64,000 nt of DNA from Camelus ferus (GCF_009834535.1 NC_045696.1:25856001-25920000); one strand, 5' to 3'. Shown: positions 1 to 13,840, numbered from the stretch's first letter. Program-made: numbers and translations. Notes: generated by a model not told the origin, from the sequence alone.

Positions 1-1479
1 ACTGATCTTTGTTGCAAGAGACTCTCTAAGCTCCAGTAAATTGTTCCAATAACCTAATTTCATTATTTTAGAGAGTCTGATGTACTCTCTCTCTAAGTAC
101 CAAAGAGCCACAAAACCCAAGACAGTAGTACATTTGCTGAATCATATATCAAACTGAGAGGAGATTTGTTGAAAATAATTCTTTTGAAGAATATATTCAG
201 CCTCAATTGTATATCCTCGTCTGGACACATGCTGGGTTTCTCTCTTGATTTCTACCCTTTTAGCTTTCCCTTTGTGTCTTCTTCCTAGTTATAAAGAGAG
301 CATTTCAGCCTCTGATAATGACTTGCAAGCTTTATTATAAATTATTGGGGGCTTTGGAGATATGTAACAAAGAGGACTGTTATTTCTTAAGCTGTGGTAG
401 AACCAATCATATCAGAAGGGCTTTGTGTGTCTGTGTGCCTGTGTGTTTGCTAGTTTTAGAATTTTTTGAAGCAGACGATTTTTCCTTGACAATTGTTGTA
501 TCATTAATTTTTAAGAATATAATTATAGCAAATGTTATAAGAGTACCTTGCAAATCTCTCCAAAGGGACAAGATAAAGCCAACATAGTTCAAAAGTTCAG
601 GATTCAAAGCTTCAAAGTATAAGCCTGGAAGAAAGGAAATTCCTCTGGGACCACTATCATTTTCTTACATTCCCACCAATGCTTTGCTGGTTTGTTCTGA
701 AGAACCATTCTCCACAGACCCCTCATTACGATTTCTGCTGTGACTGGCCACAGTCACTTGAATCTTGTGTTAAAAGGGGAGGTATTTATCTACGTTGTCA
801 TTTTACTTCTCTGTGGTCAGAGGATTAATCACTTTCTCAAAGGCCTAACTCTACCATTTCCTTTACTTTCGGGAAAGGAGATTTTAAGAAAATGCCACTG
901 TATGACCGCAACTTATTCTTTAAAAAGAAATGTAATATATCATTTAAAGAAAGAAAATTACCGGGGGATAATTTTAGCCAGAATTCAGTTATTTAATTCA
1001 TATTTGAGAGATGACCTCACTCCTTCATCAAATCAGGATGAGAAGTACCCTACTAAACATGATGAAAAACTAATGTCTTCATACAAGTGAGCCTTGTGGC
1101 CTGGCTAGGTGACAAGTATTTGGTCGGCTTCCATTTTCACCAGCTTAAATCTACAAGCTGGAAAAGGGCTAAATGGAAAGCGACAGAAGAGTCTTTCCAG
1201 GAAACAAAACTGGTTAGAATGCATGAGGACTGATGCTGGCTCAAGCAATGAATCAGTGTAGTGAATTTACTCGTGTTTTAAATGGCTCAGTTAGAATGTT
1301 TAATAAACCAACACCAGGATGTCACTAAAATACACAAGTGTCAATGAGTAATTAGGACTAGATAATTTCTAAAGTAGAAATTAATCTAAAGAAGAATATT
1401 AACACTTCTTACGTTTGTTTCTTTAGATTTATTTAATTATTTTTATTGAGTCTCTTCCATTAGCCACATAATGTCACAT

Positions 1480-1668
1480 AAATCACATCATTACTTTTCA
1501 TAGCAAGTTTATGAAATGTATGTTATTGCTATTTCCATTTTATGAACAAAAAAAACTGAGTCAGAAAAGAATTAAGAACCTTTGGCTGACATTTCATATT
1601 TAATTTGTGACCCAGAATTCAAGTTCTCATCTGTCTTATTCTCAGTCTACACTTTTCCCATTTCACTA
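1480..1668 (-). mobile_element. MIR
   Basis: Antisense MIR core ccattttatgaac ... aaactgagtcaga ... cccagaattcaag. Confidence 0.55.
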
Positions 1669-2810
1669 TGAAATTCTGCCTTTGACATCCATATATAAAT
1701 TAATGTATATTCACTTATTTGTATATAGTTACTTACAGTAATAAACTACTCAAGAAAAATTACATTTGAAGAAAATACTGTTTATGCATTTTAAACACAG
1801 GCAAAAGCCCTATGTTATTCCAAATTTAATCTTCTATGATTAATTGACCACTATTTTCTCTTGAATATTCCCACCTCTCAAACTATAACTGGCATGGATG
1901 TGTTGCTTCCATTAATATAGGGCGATTGTAATAGGATTAAAAATCATTCTATAAAAAAAATGTACTAAATATTCCAGAATTTGTATCTAAATATATTAAG
2001 TTTGTAAAAGAATAAATTGACTAACACCTATATGAACTCAATAAAAGGGTACTTCTCGTCCTGATTTGATGATGGAGTGAGGTCATCTCTCAAATATGAA
2101 TTAAATAACTGGGCACAGTTGAATTAGCATCAGTTATATTTTATATGTTAGGTGATGCTTTAAAACATGAAGGGCAAACATGTGTATTTGGCAGGAATAA
2201 ACATCTCCATTTTTCCTATTAATAATGAGAAAAATTAAAAGACCACACGCTGAATATATCAATTTGTCTTTAGTTGCCAAAAGAGTGTTTCTTCACATAT
2301 GTGTTATTTGCTTTAGATTGATAGACACGTAATAGAGAGCATAAATGAAAACCATTATATTGACACTTTAGCATGTGGTTTATAGTTGAAAAGAGCTCTA
2401 CTTTGGAGACAAATTATTGAGCAAAACTAGGAGATGCCAGATTCTGTTAAAAAAACTTATTAACTTGTTTCAACTCAACAAATGGTTGTGCATTAGACTC
2501 TCAGTGACAAAGGAACCCATGTGGCAGATGGTGCAGAGAGGAGCAGGCCCTAACCTGGCAATCAACCAGGAGGCTGATTAACCATTCTAAGAATTAACTT
2601 ATTGAACTTTTTTGATCATATCTACATGTGAGCTCTGACAACTTCACTGTTGAGCATCTGATACTTAACTTTCCCAAATAACCTTCCTAGGGACTGTATT
2701 TCTGTCCTATCCAACTTCTGTTCAAAAGTCCCATGAGAATCATGGCTAACACATCAACAAATTATTTAAAGGAAATTGCTGAAAGAACTGTCTTTCTTAC
2801 CCAATAAACT

Positions 2811-2833
2811 GAAAGAAAAAAAAAAAAAAAAAA
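2811..2833 (+). repeat. Poly(A) tract
   Basis: gaaag followed by an A run of about 18 nt. Confidence 0.9.
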
Positions 2834-3382
2834 GAACTTGATAGCTTTCCAGAGCCTCCACAGAAATCTCACTTGCTTGGTTGGGTCCCATTCCTCCAAA
2901 GTCCTTTGTGTTTGGGAATGAACCACAGTTCACTACCTGCCATACAAGAAAAATCTTTATCCATATTGATTTCCTTTGTGGAAATTGGTTGTTGAAAAAG
3001 ACATTTTTTTTTAAAAAGATCTCAATAATCTGGAAAGTACTCTGATTTGTTAGTTGTTGCTGATCCTAAGTTTGTTTTTTAATATGAAAAAGTGTTAATT
3101 ATATTTTATGATCAATAAGAAGCATGACTGAAGCTCTTTGTACACATTCATGAACATATGTGCATATAGGCATGTATATTATGGGCATAACTATAAGTGA
3201 TATTTTCTTACATTAATGATGACTGACAGCAAAAAAACATTATCAACTGCTAAGGAAATTCATTGTTCTGGTTTTTATTTTTTTACTGTTTCTTATACTT
3301 CAAGTTTTATTAAGAGCTATTTAGTTGTTTAACATAGAAACTGTGTTTGTATTTCACAAATTATAGAACAAATATTCAGCTA

Positions 3383-3655
3383 ATGTAACCTTGGCCTGCG
3401 GACCTGAGGGGCCTCTGTAAAGAGAGTTTATTTGTCTCATCTTCCAGAAGATAAGCTGAGGCCCAAGTTCAGCTGTGTTGAAGCCTGAAGTTCATCTATC
3501 TCAAGTTTGGGCTTCCGTTCCCCCTTTATTTTCCCATTTATACTAAATTCTGCCTAGGCCTTGTGGCAAAATCTTAGGCCAAGTCCTATCAACTCAATGG
3601 GCAACATGCTTCAGTACTCCACTGAAAATTATTACTTAGTCTACTACCTGCTTCA
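3383..3655 (-). mobile_element. Possible degenerate LTR
   Basis: Starts tgtaacc, has tttatt near 3427 and ends ttca; locally higher GC; no TSD found. Confidence 0.3.
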
Positions 3656-4699
3656 GGTGATTATCTATAAAATTTTTGCCTAGCATCTCAGCCTGAGAAA
3701 GGAAAAGCATTAAAAATGAAAATTAAAAAAAGAAGTCATTAAAACTCAAGTCAGTATATGTAACATTATATTAATAACAATACCGCAGAAGTAATAATTA
3801 TAATAGTCACATTATTATTAAATGTAATGATTAATGTACAGCCCAAAGCCACAACCTCTACTGTAAAGGGAAAAAAATGACCATATCTTACACTTTATCA
3901 ATAATATTGCCTTCATGTATGATGGACACTATATTTCAACATGCCACAAATCTTTATCTATTAACTACAGACACAACAAGAGGCTTTGCATGACTTTTTC
4001 TGAACATTAGATCTCAAATTTCAATGCAATAGTGATCACTTACTAAGTTTGGACTATGTATGAGCTCTTGTGCTAGGAATAAAAAGAGTGAGATAATAAA
4101 AAATGAATTAGACATTTTCCCCTCCTCGACCCCAACCCAAAGGTCTCCCAGTCCAGCTCCAAGTGCAATAGACAATATCATCTTGTAAAGGAGCTTTCAC
4201 TGTATTTGATAAGCTGGAGTTCTGAGTAGACTGGGGTCAGGAGGGTATGAATAAACTCAAGGAGAAAGAACATGCCAAAGTTATCCTATGAATTTAAGAT
4301 GAGTTTTAGCAATATAAGAAATTTTAAGGCTCTCTTGATCAGATAACAGACAAGTAACATTCCATAATACTTTTTTTCTCTTTCATTTTGATGATTCTGT
4401 TAACAAATTGCACTATTTTCATTTCTAGAAGAGTCTTTCTTACATAGCTTAGCCTTTTAACATTCATATAAGCAAAAGGAAAATTTTATCTAATCTTAAT
4501 TATTTGAAAGAAAATAATTCACAACAATATTTAAAAGACAAAAGCTATAATAAACTCTCTTAACATATATTAAAATTGGAGGCAAAGATTTTTTAACTAT
4601 TTATTTTAAGCCTTTCAAACCCTTTTTTTTTCTTTTCTTTTTCTTTTGGTATTCTATTATCTGGTGGACAGCTGGCCAGAAACTGTAATAATCTTGTAA

Positions 4700-4860
4700 A
4701 GTTCCATGAATTAACTAACTTAATCTTCACAAAATAGGTATTATTTTTAACCTGGGCTTACACATCAGGAAAGTAACTTGCCCAAGGTCAATTATCTAGT
4801 AAGTGGAGGAGCTGGAAGGATTGTTATGCAAGTGATCTGGTTACTGAGCTCCTGTTTCTC
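4700..4860 (-). mobile_element. MIR
   Basis: aagtaacttgcccaaggtca ... ctagtaagtgggagagctgga. Confidence 0.7.
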
Positions 4861-7363
4861 AAAGACTTTGTAATTTATTTTTACTTATTTTTCTTCTCTG
4901 ACAGGTCCTGTTGTAGTGTCCCAGGAACCACTCCAATATTACATTTGTCTTTTATGACCTTCATTGCAAACTTTAGTTTCTAAATCCCTACAAAACCTAT
5001 TGATTGAAATGTGCTTATTTTACTTAGTCTTTGGAACCATCTATTCTTAGAAATGATTTTAGCCTCTTTCCCCAGCTATTGGTAGCCCTTCAAGGGCTTT
5101 GTGGGATGGTAATGGTTTGTTACAGTTGGCTAAATAATAACATTCAAAAAAGCAAAAATAGTGTACAGCCTAAAGGCAGCTGAGATGTGTCTTCATTTTC
5201 TCATCTTCCATAATCGTCCATCCTCACCCTGTAGGAATATTCCTTTTTAATTTATTGCAGTAATAGTACTTTATGGGAAGTAACAACAAGGTGCTTGGAA
5301 TGCAGGCGTGCTTTAATGTGAATTGGTATCGTATTATGTAACATATAATTGAAAAACAGTTTTATACACACACACACACCCGGAAATTGTTCTTCAGTTC
5401 ACAGTGCTTGCTGTGCATGTGTGTTCTTGGGTCTATGCAACTATTCTCAGCACGCCTCCTATAACTCAGACCCCAGGTTGGGAATGACTGATGTAAACCA
5501 CCGTTACTCCATCTCTTTTTGTCATTTTGTCTCAGTTTGATATTCGTGTACCAGTGACAAGAATGTTAAAATAGTTTCCTCTATTTTCCCCAAGTTTTCT
5601 TTCCCAAATTACTCTTGAAAAAAACCATTACTCTGTCTTACAAAATTTATATTATTTTTAAGTTCTGCTCTTTAAATTTAACCACACTCATTCTATCATT
5701 CTCAATGTCAAAACCTAAATAGTTTTTGCAACTCAAGAATATTTTAAATTAAGCCCATTTTCTTAACTTTAAAAAAAAAGAGAATGTTTCTAAGCTGTAT
5801 GCCTCCAAAACTCTCTTTACAGTCATGCTTTAAGTTATATACAAATATTGATTATGCAAATCAAGGTATAATTTAACTGTGATATAGATGCAACTAGAAT
5901 TGAAATATGATATACTAATAATTATGGAGTAGACATTCCTAAAGTGATCAGGTAATAAGTGGACATGTAAGTCTTGTCTGCCACTGAATTTAAACTCTTA
6001 AACCTTTATCAGGGTCAAAATATGGTATTTTTTATGGTGTTTTAATTAGAAATTCACACAAAATTTAAACTGGCGATGTGTCTTAAATATTTAAAGAATC
6101 ACTTCATAGAATCTGAAGAAGAGGAGAAGGCATTTTAAAATAAAATTAGTCAATGTGACAGATAACATGCAAAACAGACTTTATCCAGGTAGATGAAACA
6201 TGAAACTATATTGAACCAAGGACTATATGCATGATATTTTAGAGATTATATCCCAGTATCCCATAATGTTGGATCATTATTATTTTATAATAATATAAAA
6301 TAACCATTTACAGATTGAATAGCATTTTCACATAAGCATACATTCTATTAACATAATTTTTGTTTGTTAGTTTGCTTGTTTTAATCACATATTGGAAAGT
6401 GTGAAACTTTCTCTAACTCATATGGAAATAACACTACAATGACTGGTGTTTTCCATTGAATCTTAAGATTAAGTTTTTAGTATGTCCACTGAAAACATTA
6501 CACAGAATAGCTGGTAAGCAAGTCCACCTGTGACATGAATGGTGACATTTTATAACAATTAGTAACCTTGTCTATACAACAGAACACCCTTGCCCCTTAC
6601 CAAGGGCCCCAAGCAGGACTCATACTGGCTGTGTTAACTTCCGTTGAGTCACATAGCTTTTCCACCTTGCAACCTGTTTGAATTAATGATTCATCTGAAA
6701 ATACAGAAGAATGTTTGGAAAAGTTAATACATGAAAACAAATCGAAACCTTTTTTTGGTTTTATAAATCCCATTGCTAAGAGGAATTTCACATCAGACAC
6801 TGCAAAATATGTGAACATCATGTTGAACCTGAGCGAAAAGTGACTATTGACTTCGCCTTATGGTATCACTGAAAACCAAAGCATACCAAATAATTAAATC
6901 AGAGTATAAATTCAGTGTTCACTTTAATAATACAGGATTCACCTTTGCTACTGAACATTTGCTACTGAACAACACAATTTCTTTTCCAGATTTTCCTGCA
7001 TATTTTGATAGCTTAATTTGCTATTCATGCTAGAAATGACATCCCTAGGTAAATGCTTCCATGCAACTTTGAAACTGAAGCCAAATACCAGAACAGGCAG
7101 TAAACAGTGTATAAATTAATAAGGGTTAAGCAATCTTATTTAATCTCATCAAAGAAGTCTTATGTAATTCAACAATTTTGGCAGCTCATCATATATGTAT
7201 TTAGTTTCCCCACCAGTTTCAATTTCACTGTCCGTTATGGATTGCAATATTACAAACATTTTTAATGAAAACTTTACAAGGAGGGAAGTGATCCAATAAG
7301 GAGTCATAGTAAACATTTGTTGCGATTTCTGAAAATTCTAATTGTGAGAAGGCAGATGGTCAA

Positions 7364-8323
7364 TTTTTTATAGTGGATATAAAGATTATCAATACATTGT
7401 GGAAATTAGGATATTTTTCAATATATGTTGATGTAAATAAGAAAATGATTTTATGGAAAGCTGTAATAAACTTGGTGTTGATGCAAAGAAATATTTTGTA
7501 ATGGACTATAAGGTATTCTTTGAGGGTATTTAGAAATGGAAATAGTACTTACCAGAAGCAATCTTTGATTCACTTAGAAGTCAAGACAACTAATCTCATA
7601 TTTTTAAATTCATTATTAAATTTCTAATAAGAGGAGAGCTATAATGTGACTAGATTTTTAGCCAAACATTTGAAGAAATTGTGTTCATTGCTAAATACTG
7701 TAATTAATTGATTCCTATCTAGCATGCCTTGATGTAAAGCATTTGACAGTCACATAGAACTAGGATCAAATTTAATATTTTTCTAAAGATAGTACTTTGT
7801 AAAAATAGGAAAATAGTCTGTAAATGTCAGCTAATAATAATATATTCTCATCAGAGAATAAATATGTGTGCAATAATAAATATGTTTAACAGAGACCAGT
7901 TTATATTTTAAAGTTATCCTAACAAATACTTTGGTGATATTCTAACATGTATGAATTTCTGTGCACCCAATCAAAGCCCAAGATTCCAAAACCCCAGCGT
8001 TCTTCCAGTCGAGAATGAACTTGCAAGTTTGAATTATATATGGCCATGAAAATATTCCTGGTGATCCCAATGGTTATTTTTCAAACTGAGTTTAAAATTA
8101 ACCACATGGGTAAAGTGATTGCAAATCCAAATCTAAATAAAGCAGGTGACTAGCTCCAGATAGGGAGAGTCCACGTTCAAGACTCTGATTCAGGTTTCCA
8201 TTTCACATTTTTAGCCTAATTTTTTTGGGTAACAAGTTATTGCCATGTAATAAAGTTAACTTGAAGCATCAGAGTTTTTTTACAGTGCCTAAAAAGATTA
8301 TCAATACATTGTGGAAAATTAGA
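7364..8323 (+). repeat. About 48-bp direct repeat pair (7364-7411 and 8275-8323)
   Basis: Perfect 25-bp core aaagattatcaatacattgtggaaa with similar flanks. Confidence 0.85.
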
Positions 8324-9596
8324 AAATATATAGGAATGTATTTGAGTGTCTTTTAACAATGAGTAAATGCTACGTATTCCTCTAAATAGCTCAATTTAGC
8401 TCTCTTTTGCCAGGTGGAAACTATACTGCTCACAGAATCAAAATGAATAACCAGAGAAATCAACACTTTTGGGACGTAAAAAATGAAAGCAACATCATAG
8501 GGAACATTTTCAAAGTTCTGATAAAAAGGGATTGTCTATGCCTCAAAAAAATAAAATAGACAACCAGATGCTTGACTAGTTTTAAGAAGAGAAACTGCTA
8601 CCTTATAATCAACAGTGGAAATAAAATATGTTATCACCCTACTAAGGTCCCACACACAAATACAACAAATGTGCAGGCATGGTTTTCAAAAGGAAATTGC
8701 CCAAGCAAAGGCTTAGAAGGGCATTTCAGAGTTCTGAGGGCTCTTTTTGGTTTCTGTTTTGTTTTGATTTATTTCACTATGCTGGGAAAGTGAACAACTT
8801 TATCTAATTAATGTTCTTACATAAGCAAACATATATACATATACACATTTTAAGGTCTTTGTTTTCTCATTATTTGGTATCATCTATCTAAGGTTCCCTT
8901 TTATTCAGTGAAAACTGACTTCATAACATAATTGAGGAGATTCCTGAAAAGAAACTTCATAAGGTCAGGAACTAAACAGGAATCAATTATAGTCATGGAC
9001 AAATAAAGGACTCCTTACTTGAAAACCTGATATGGAGACAGAGTAGAAAATGTGTCTCTGCTGAATTGCTCCCTAAGGTTATAAAGGAAGTAAACAGCAG
9101 TATTTAGAGATTATGCTAGGACAGACATCTGGTCCATACTCCAAGAAATAACTTATTTTATTTCATGAGAAGGTGGTAAAGCTCAAGAAAGATCACATAT
9201 AAAACTCTGCAAATGGAAGGATTTTTTTTTTCCCATTGCTACCTCTTGGCTGCCTTTTGGTTTTCAAAATTGCTCTATGTGATGTAGCCTGAGCTAGATC
9301 TCAAGGGCTTTCTTTGGCCATTGGTGGCTAAACCACATTAGCCTATGTAAAGAAGGTAGAAATAACACTTCCTATGTACCCTTAGCTTACTGAAGCCATG
9401 CTAATTTCCTAAGTCTATAAAAAAAGTTCAAGGTCATGACAGAAAGCATCAGCTACTGTATGAAGTTAAGTGTGTGCTAAATAGAAGGAGGCTGGAAAAT
9501 GAACTTCTTTACCCTCTCCCTTCATGCTCGGAGATTCAAGGTAGACTACCACAGCTCACATTAATGTGACAGCATAAATGACGGAAAAAAATTTGT

Positions 9597-9857
9597 GTTC
9601 ACTGTAAGTGGAAAATGAAATGCCTATTCTCCTAACAGCCATTATGGAAATGATATAGAGGTTTCTCCAAAAACTAAAAGTAGAACTACCACATGACCCA
9701 GCAACTCCACCCCTGGGTATAGATCTGAAAAAACAACCACTAATTCGAAAAGATACACACACCACAATGTTCATAACAACATTATTTACAATAGCCAAGA
9801 TATGGAAGCAACCTAAGTGTCCATCAACAGATGAATAGATAAAGAAGATGTGGTATA
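9597..9857 (+). mobile_element. Older L1, left part (ORF2 3' end), interrupted by a younger L1
   Basis: Typical L1 sequence: gacccagcaactccacccctggg ... gcaacctaagtgtccatcaacagatgaatagataaagaagatgtggtat. Confidence 0.85.
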
Positions 9858-11725
9858 GCAGAGAACTAAAAATCATTGATTAAGGAAATTAAAGATAATT
9901 TAAAGAAATGGAAAGATAACCCATGCTCTTGGATTAGAAGAATTAATATTATTAAAATGGCCATACTACCCAAAACAATCTACAGATTTAATGTGATCCC
10001 TATCAAATTATCCAGGGTATTTTTCACAGACTAGATCAAATAATCCTAAAATTTATATAGAATCACAAAAGACCCAGAATTACCAAAGCAATACTGAAGA
10101 AAAAGAATGAGGCTGGAGGAATAACCCGCCCAGACTTCAGACAATACTACAGAGCTACATTAATCAAAACAGTGTGGTATTGGCACAAAAACAGGCATAT
10201 GGATCAATGGAACAGAATAGAGAGCCCAGAAATAAACTCATACACTTATGTCAGTTAGTCTTCTACAAAGGAGGCAAGAATATGCAATGGAGGAAAGACA
10301 GTTTCTTCAGCAAGTGGTTTTGGGAACATGTAAATCAGTGAAGTTAGAACATGCCCTCACACCATACACAAAAATAAACTCAAAATGGCATAAAGACTTA
10401 AACATAAGACAAAACACTATAAACCTCCTAGAAGAAAACATTAGGCAAAACATTCTCTGACAAATTTTAGCACTGTTCTCCTAGGGCAGCCTGCCAAGGC
10501 AATAAAAATAAAAGCAAAGATAAATAAATGAGACCTAATTAAACTTATAAGCTTTTGCACAGCAAAGGAAACTGTAAAGAAAACAATAAGACAACCTATA
10601 GAATGGGAGAAAATATTTGCAAATGGTGAGATGACAAAGAGTTTAATTTCCAGAATATATAAAAAGCTCATACAACTTAATAACAAAAAAAGCAAACAAC
10701 CCAATCCACAAATGGGCAGAAGATTTAAACAAGCAATTCTCCAGTGAAGACATACAAGTGGCCAATAAGCACATGACAAAATTCTTAATATTGACAATTA
10801 TCAGAGAAATGCAAATCAAAACTGCAACGTGGTATCACCTCACACCAGTCAGAATAGCCATCAAAAGTCCACAAACAATAAATGCTGTAGAGAATGTGGG
10901 GAAAACGGAACCCTCCTATACCACTGGTGAGAATGTAGTTTGGTGCAACCATTGTGGAAAACAGTATGAAGATTCCTCAGAAAACTAAAAATAGACTCAT
11001 TATATGATCCAACAATCCCCCTCTTTGGCGTATATCCGAAGGAAGCTCTAATTCAAAAAGATACGTGCACCATTTTCCCCTATTGCTACCTGTGGCTGCC
11101 TTTTGGTTTTCAGAGTTGCTCTACATGCTCTAAATGTTCATAGCAGCACTATTTACAATAGCCAAGACATGGAAACAACCTAAATGTCCATCAATAGATG
11201 ACTGGATAAAGAAGTTGTGACATATATACACAATGAAATACTGCTCAGCCATAAAAAGGAATAAAATAATGTCAATTGCAGCAACATGGAAGGACCTGTA
11301 GACTGTCATTCTAAGTGAAGAAAGCCAGAAGGAGAAAGAAAAATGTATCACTTATATGTGGTATCTTAAAAGAATGACTCAGAAGAACTTATTTATAAAA
11401 CAGAAACAGATTCATAGACATAGAAACAAACTTATGGTTACCAGGGGGTAAAGGAGGTGGGAAGGAATAATTTGGGAGTTCAAGATTTGCAGGTGCTAGC
11501 TACTATATATTAAATACATAAACAACATGTTCGTACTGTAGAGCACAGGGAACTATATTCAATAGCTTATAGTAACCTATAATGAAAAATAATGTGAAAA
11601 GGAATATATGTATGTACATGTATGACTGAAACATTATGTTGTACACCAGAAATTGACACAACATTGTAAACTGGCTATACTTCAGTTAAAAAATAAATAA
11701 ATAAATAAACAAATAAATAAATAAA
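9858..11725 (+). mobile_element. Younger 5'-truncated L1 (ORF2 C-terminal part, 3' UTR, AAAT-type tail); 3' UTR looks camelid-like
   Basis: Frameshifted ORF2 remnants ([36 protein letters not shown]). 3' UTR contains gagttcaagatttgcag and gtacaccagaaattgacacaacattgtaaactg. (AAAT)n tail at about 11688-11725. Confidence 0.92.
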
Positions 11726-11730
11726 GGTGT

Positions 11731-12082
11731 CAATACTACTTAGCCATAAAAAGGAACAAAATTTTGTCATTTGCAGCAACATGGATATACTTGGAGGGCA
11801 TCATACTAAGTGAAATAAGTCAGACAGAGAAAGACTAATACTTTATATTATCACTTACATGGGGAATCTAAAAGATAAAACAGACTAATGACTATAACAA
11901 AAAACAAGCAGACTCACTCATAGGGGACAAATAGTAGTTACCAGCAGGGAGAGGAAAGGGGATTGAAGCAACATGGGTATGGGAGAATAAAAGGTAAAAA
12001 CTAGTAGATGTAAGAGAGTCTACAAGGGTGTATTGTAATATTTTGTAGTAACTGTAAATATAGTGTGACCTTTAAAACTGGC
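11731..12082 (+). mobile_element. Older L1, right part (end of ORF2 and 3' UTR)
   Basis: Resumes at aatactacttagccataaaaagg ... ctaagtgaaataagtcagacagagaaagac, the expected continuation of the 9597-9857 fragment. Confidence 0.8.
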
Positions 12083-12119
12083 TATTACAAAAGTACTGTT
12101 ATTCTCTCTATATATATAT

Positions 12120-12945
12120 AGAATAGAATTGCCTGGACAAATGATAACTCTATCTTCAATCTTTTGAAAAACCACAAGACTTTTCCAAAGTGGCTGTATC
12201 ATTTTACATTTCTACCAGCTATATATGAGGGTTCCAATTTCTTCACGTCTTCAACCTGTTCTTATAACCATCCTAGTAGGTGTGAAGTAGTTCTGACTGA
12301 AATTTTCATTTGTATTTCCTGATACTTATGATGTTGAGTATCTTTTCTTGTCCTTATTGGTGATTTGTATATACTCCTTGAAAAATATCTATTCAGATGT
12401 CCTGCACATTTTATAACTAGGTGTTCTAATTTTTTAAATTAATAATATAATATTCTCATATTTGAGGTATGTCTCTTAGATTTACGATTTACAAAAATTT
12501 TTCTCCCATCTTGTATGTTGTCTCTTTGCTTCCTCAATGATGTCCTATAAGTAAAAAGTTTTTAATTTTGGTGAAAGCCAGTTTATATATATTTTTATTG
12601 TTATTGCTTTTGGTTTGGGATCATGTCTAAACAGACTACCAAATACAAGATCACTAAAATTCACCCGTTTTCTCTCTATGTTTTAGCTTTTATGTTTAGA
12701 TCTTTGATCCATTTCACATTAGTTTTTGTATATGGTATAAAGTAGATATCCAATTTTGTGCTTTTGTCTATCAATTACAAGTTTTTCTAGCATCATTTGT
12801 TTCAAGATGATTCTTTTCCAATTAAGTAGTATTACATCATTACTGAAAATCAATTGACTGCAGGTATGAAGGTTTCTTTCTACTCTCAGATCTTTTCCAT
12901 TTATCTACATGTTTATTCTAATATCTGTAATACATTATTATTTGT
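12120..12945 (-). mobile_element. Ancient L1M ORF2 fragment, antisense
   Basis: Antisense L1 motifs ttttccaaagtggctgtatcattttacatt, gagggttccaattt and tttagatctttgatccattt. Confidence 0.8.
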
Positions 12946-12960
12946 GTTATTATTCCCATC

Positions 12961-13685
12961 ATTTTTCCAGCTTTATTGAGATATAATTAACTTACAACAT
13001 TGTGTAAGTTTAAGGTATTCAGCATAATGATTTGATAAACATATGTATTGCTAAGTGATTATTACCACAATAAGGTTAGTTAACATATTCATCACCTCAT
13101 ATAATTGCAATTTTTGTGGTGAGAACACACAAAAAAAATCCATTACTCTCTTAATAACTTTCAAGTATATATAATACAGTGTTAACTATAATCACCATGT
13201 TATATATTAGATCCCTAGAACTTATTCATCTCATAACTGGAAGTTTGTACCTTTTGATCAACATCTCTCCATTTCCTCCACTCCTAGCTCCTGGTAACCA
13301 CCATCTCAATCTCTGTTTTTATGAGTTTGATTTTTTTTAGATTTCACAAATATGTGATAGTGTACAGTCTTTGTCTTTCTCTGTCTGACATATTTCATTT
13401 AGTATAATGCCCTGAAGGCCCATTCGTGTTTTTGCAAATAGTAGGATTTGCACCACCTTACATCCTCACCAACAGTGCACAAGGGCTCTCTTTTCTCCAT
13501 ATCCTCACCAACGCTTCATATCTCTTGTCTTTTTGATGATGGCCATTTTAACCTGGATAGGGTAATACCTCATTGTGGTTTTTATCTGCATTTCCCTGAT
13601 GATTAGTCATGTTGAGCACCCTTTCATGTACTGGCCATTTGTATGTCTTCTTTGGAAAAATGTCTATGAAAGTCCTTTGCTGTGC
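12961..13685 (-). mobile_element. L1MA9-like 3' end, nested in the older antisense L1
   Basis: Starts ccagctttattgagatataattaac ... ttgtgtaagtttaagg, and contains gaacttattcatctcataactggaagtttgtac and catttccctgatgattagtcatgttgagcacc. Confidence 0.8.
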
Positions 13686-13840
13686 AGAAGTACACTGTGT
13701 TGATAAGTGTAACTTTGTAGAAGTTTTGTAATTGGCAAGTGTGTCCTCCAACTTTGTTTTTCTTTTTCAAGAATGCTTTGGCTGTCCTAGCTCCCTTGAA
13801 TTTCCATATGAATTTTAAGATTAGCTTGTCAATTTTTGCT
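13686..13840 (-). mobile_element. Continuation of the ancient antisense L1M ORF2 fragment
   Basis: tcctccaactttgtttttctttttcaag ... ttccatatgaattttaagattagcttgtcaattt. Confidence 0.7.

Noticed and set aside
318..1090. 89-aa and 116-aa ORFs at the window start
   Set aside because: No recognisable protein similarity or exon structure; lengths are compatible with chance.
6944..6971. Tandem 14-mer tttgctactgaaca x2
   Set aside because: Ordinary slippage-type microduplication; not an array.
10248..11351. ORFs within the young L1
   Set aside because: Frameshifted ORF2 fragments or antisense readings of L1; the element is 5'-truncated and non-autonomous.
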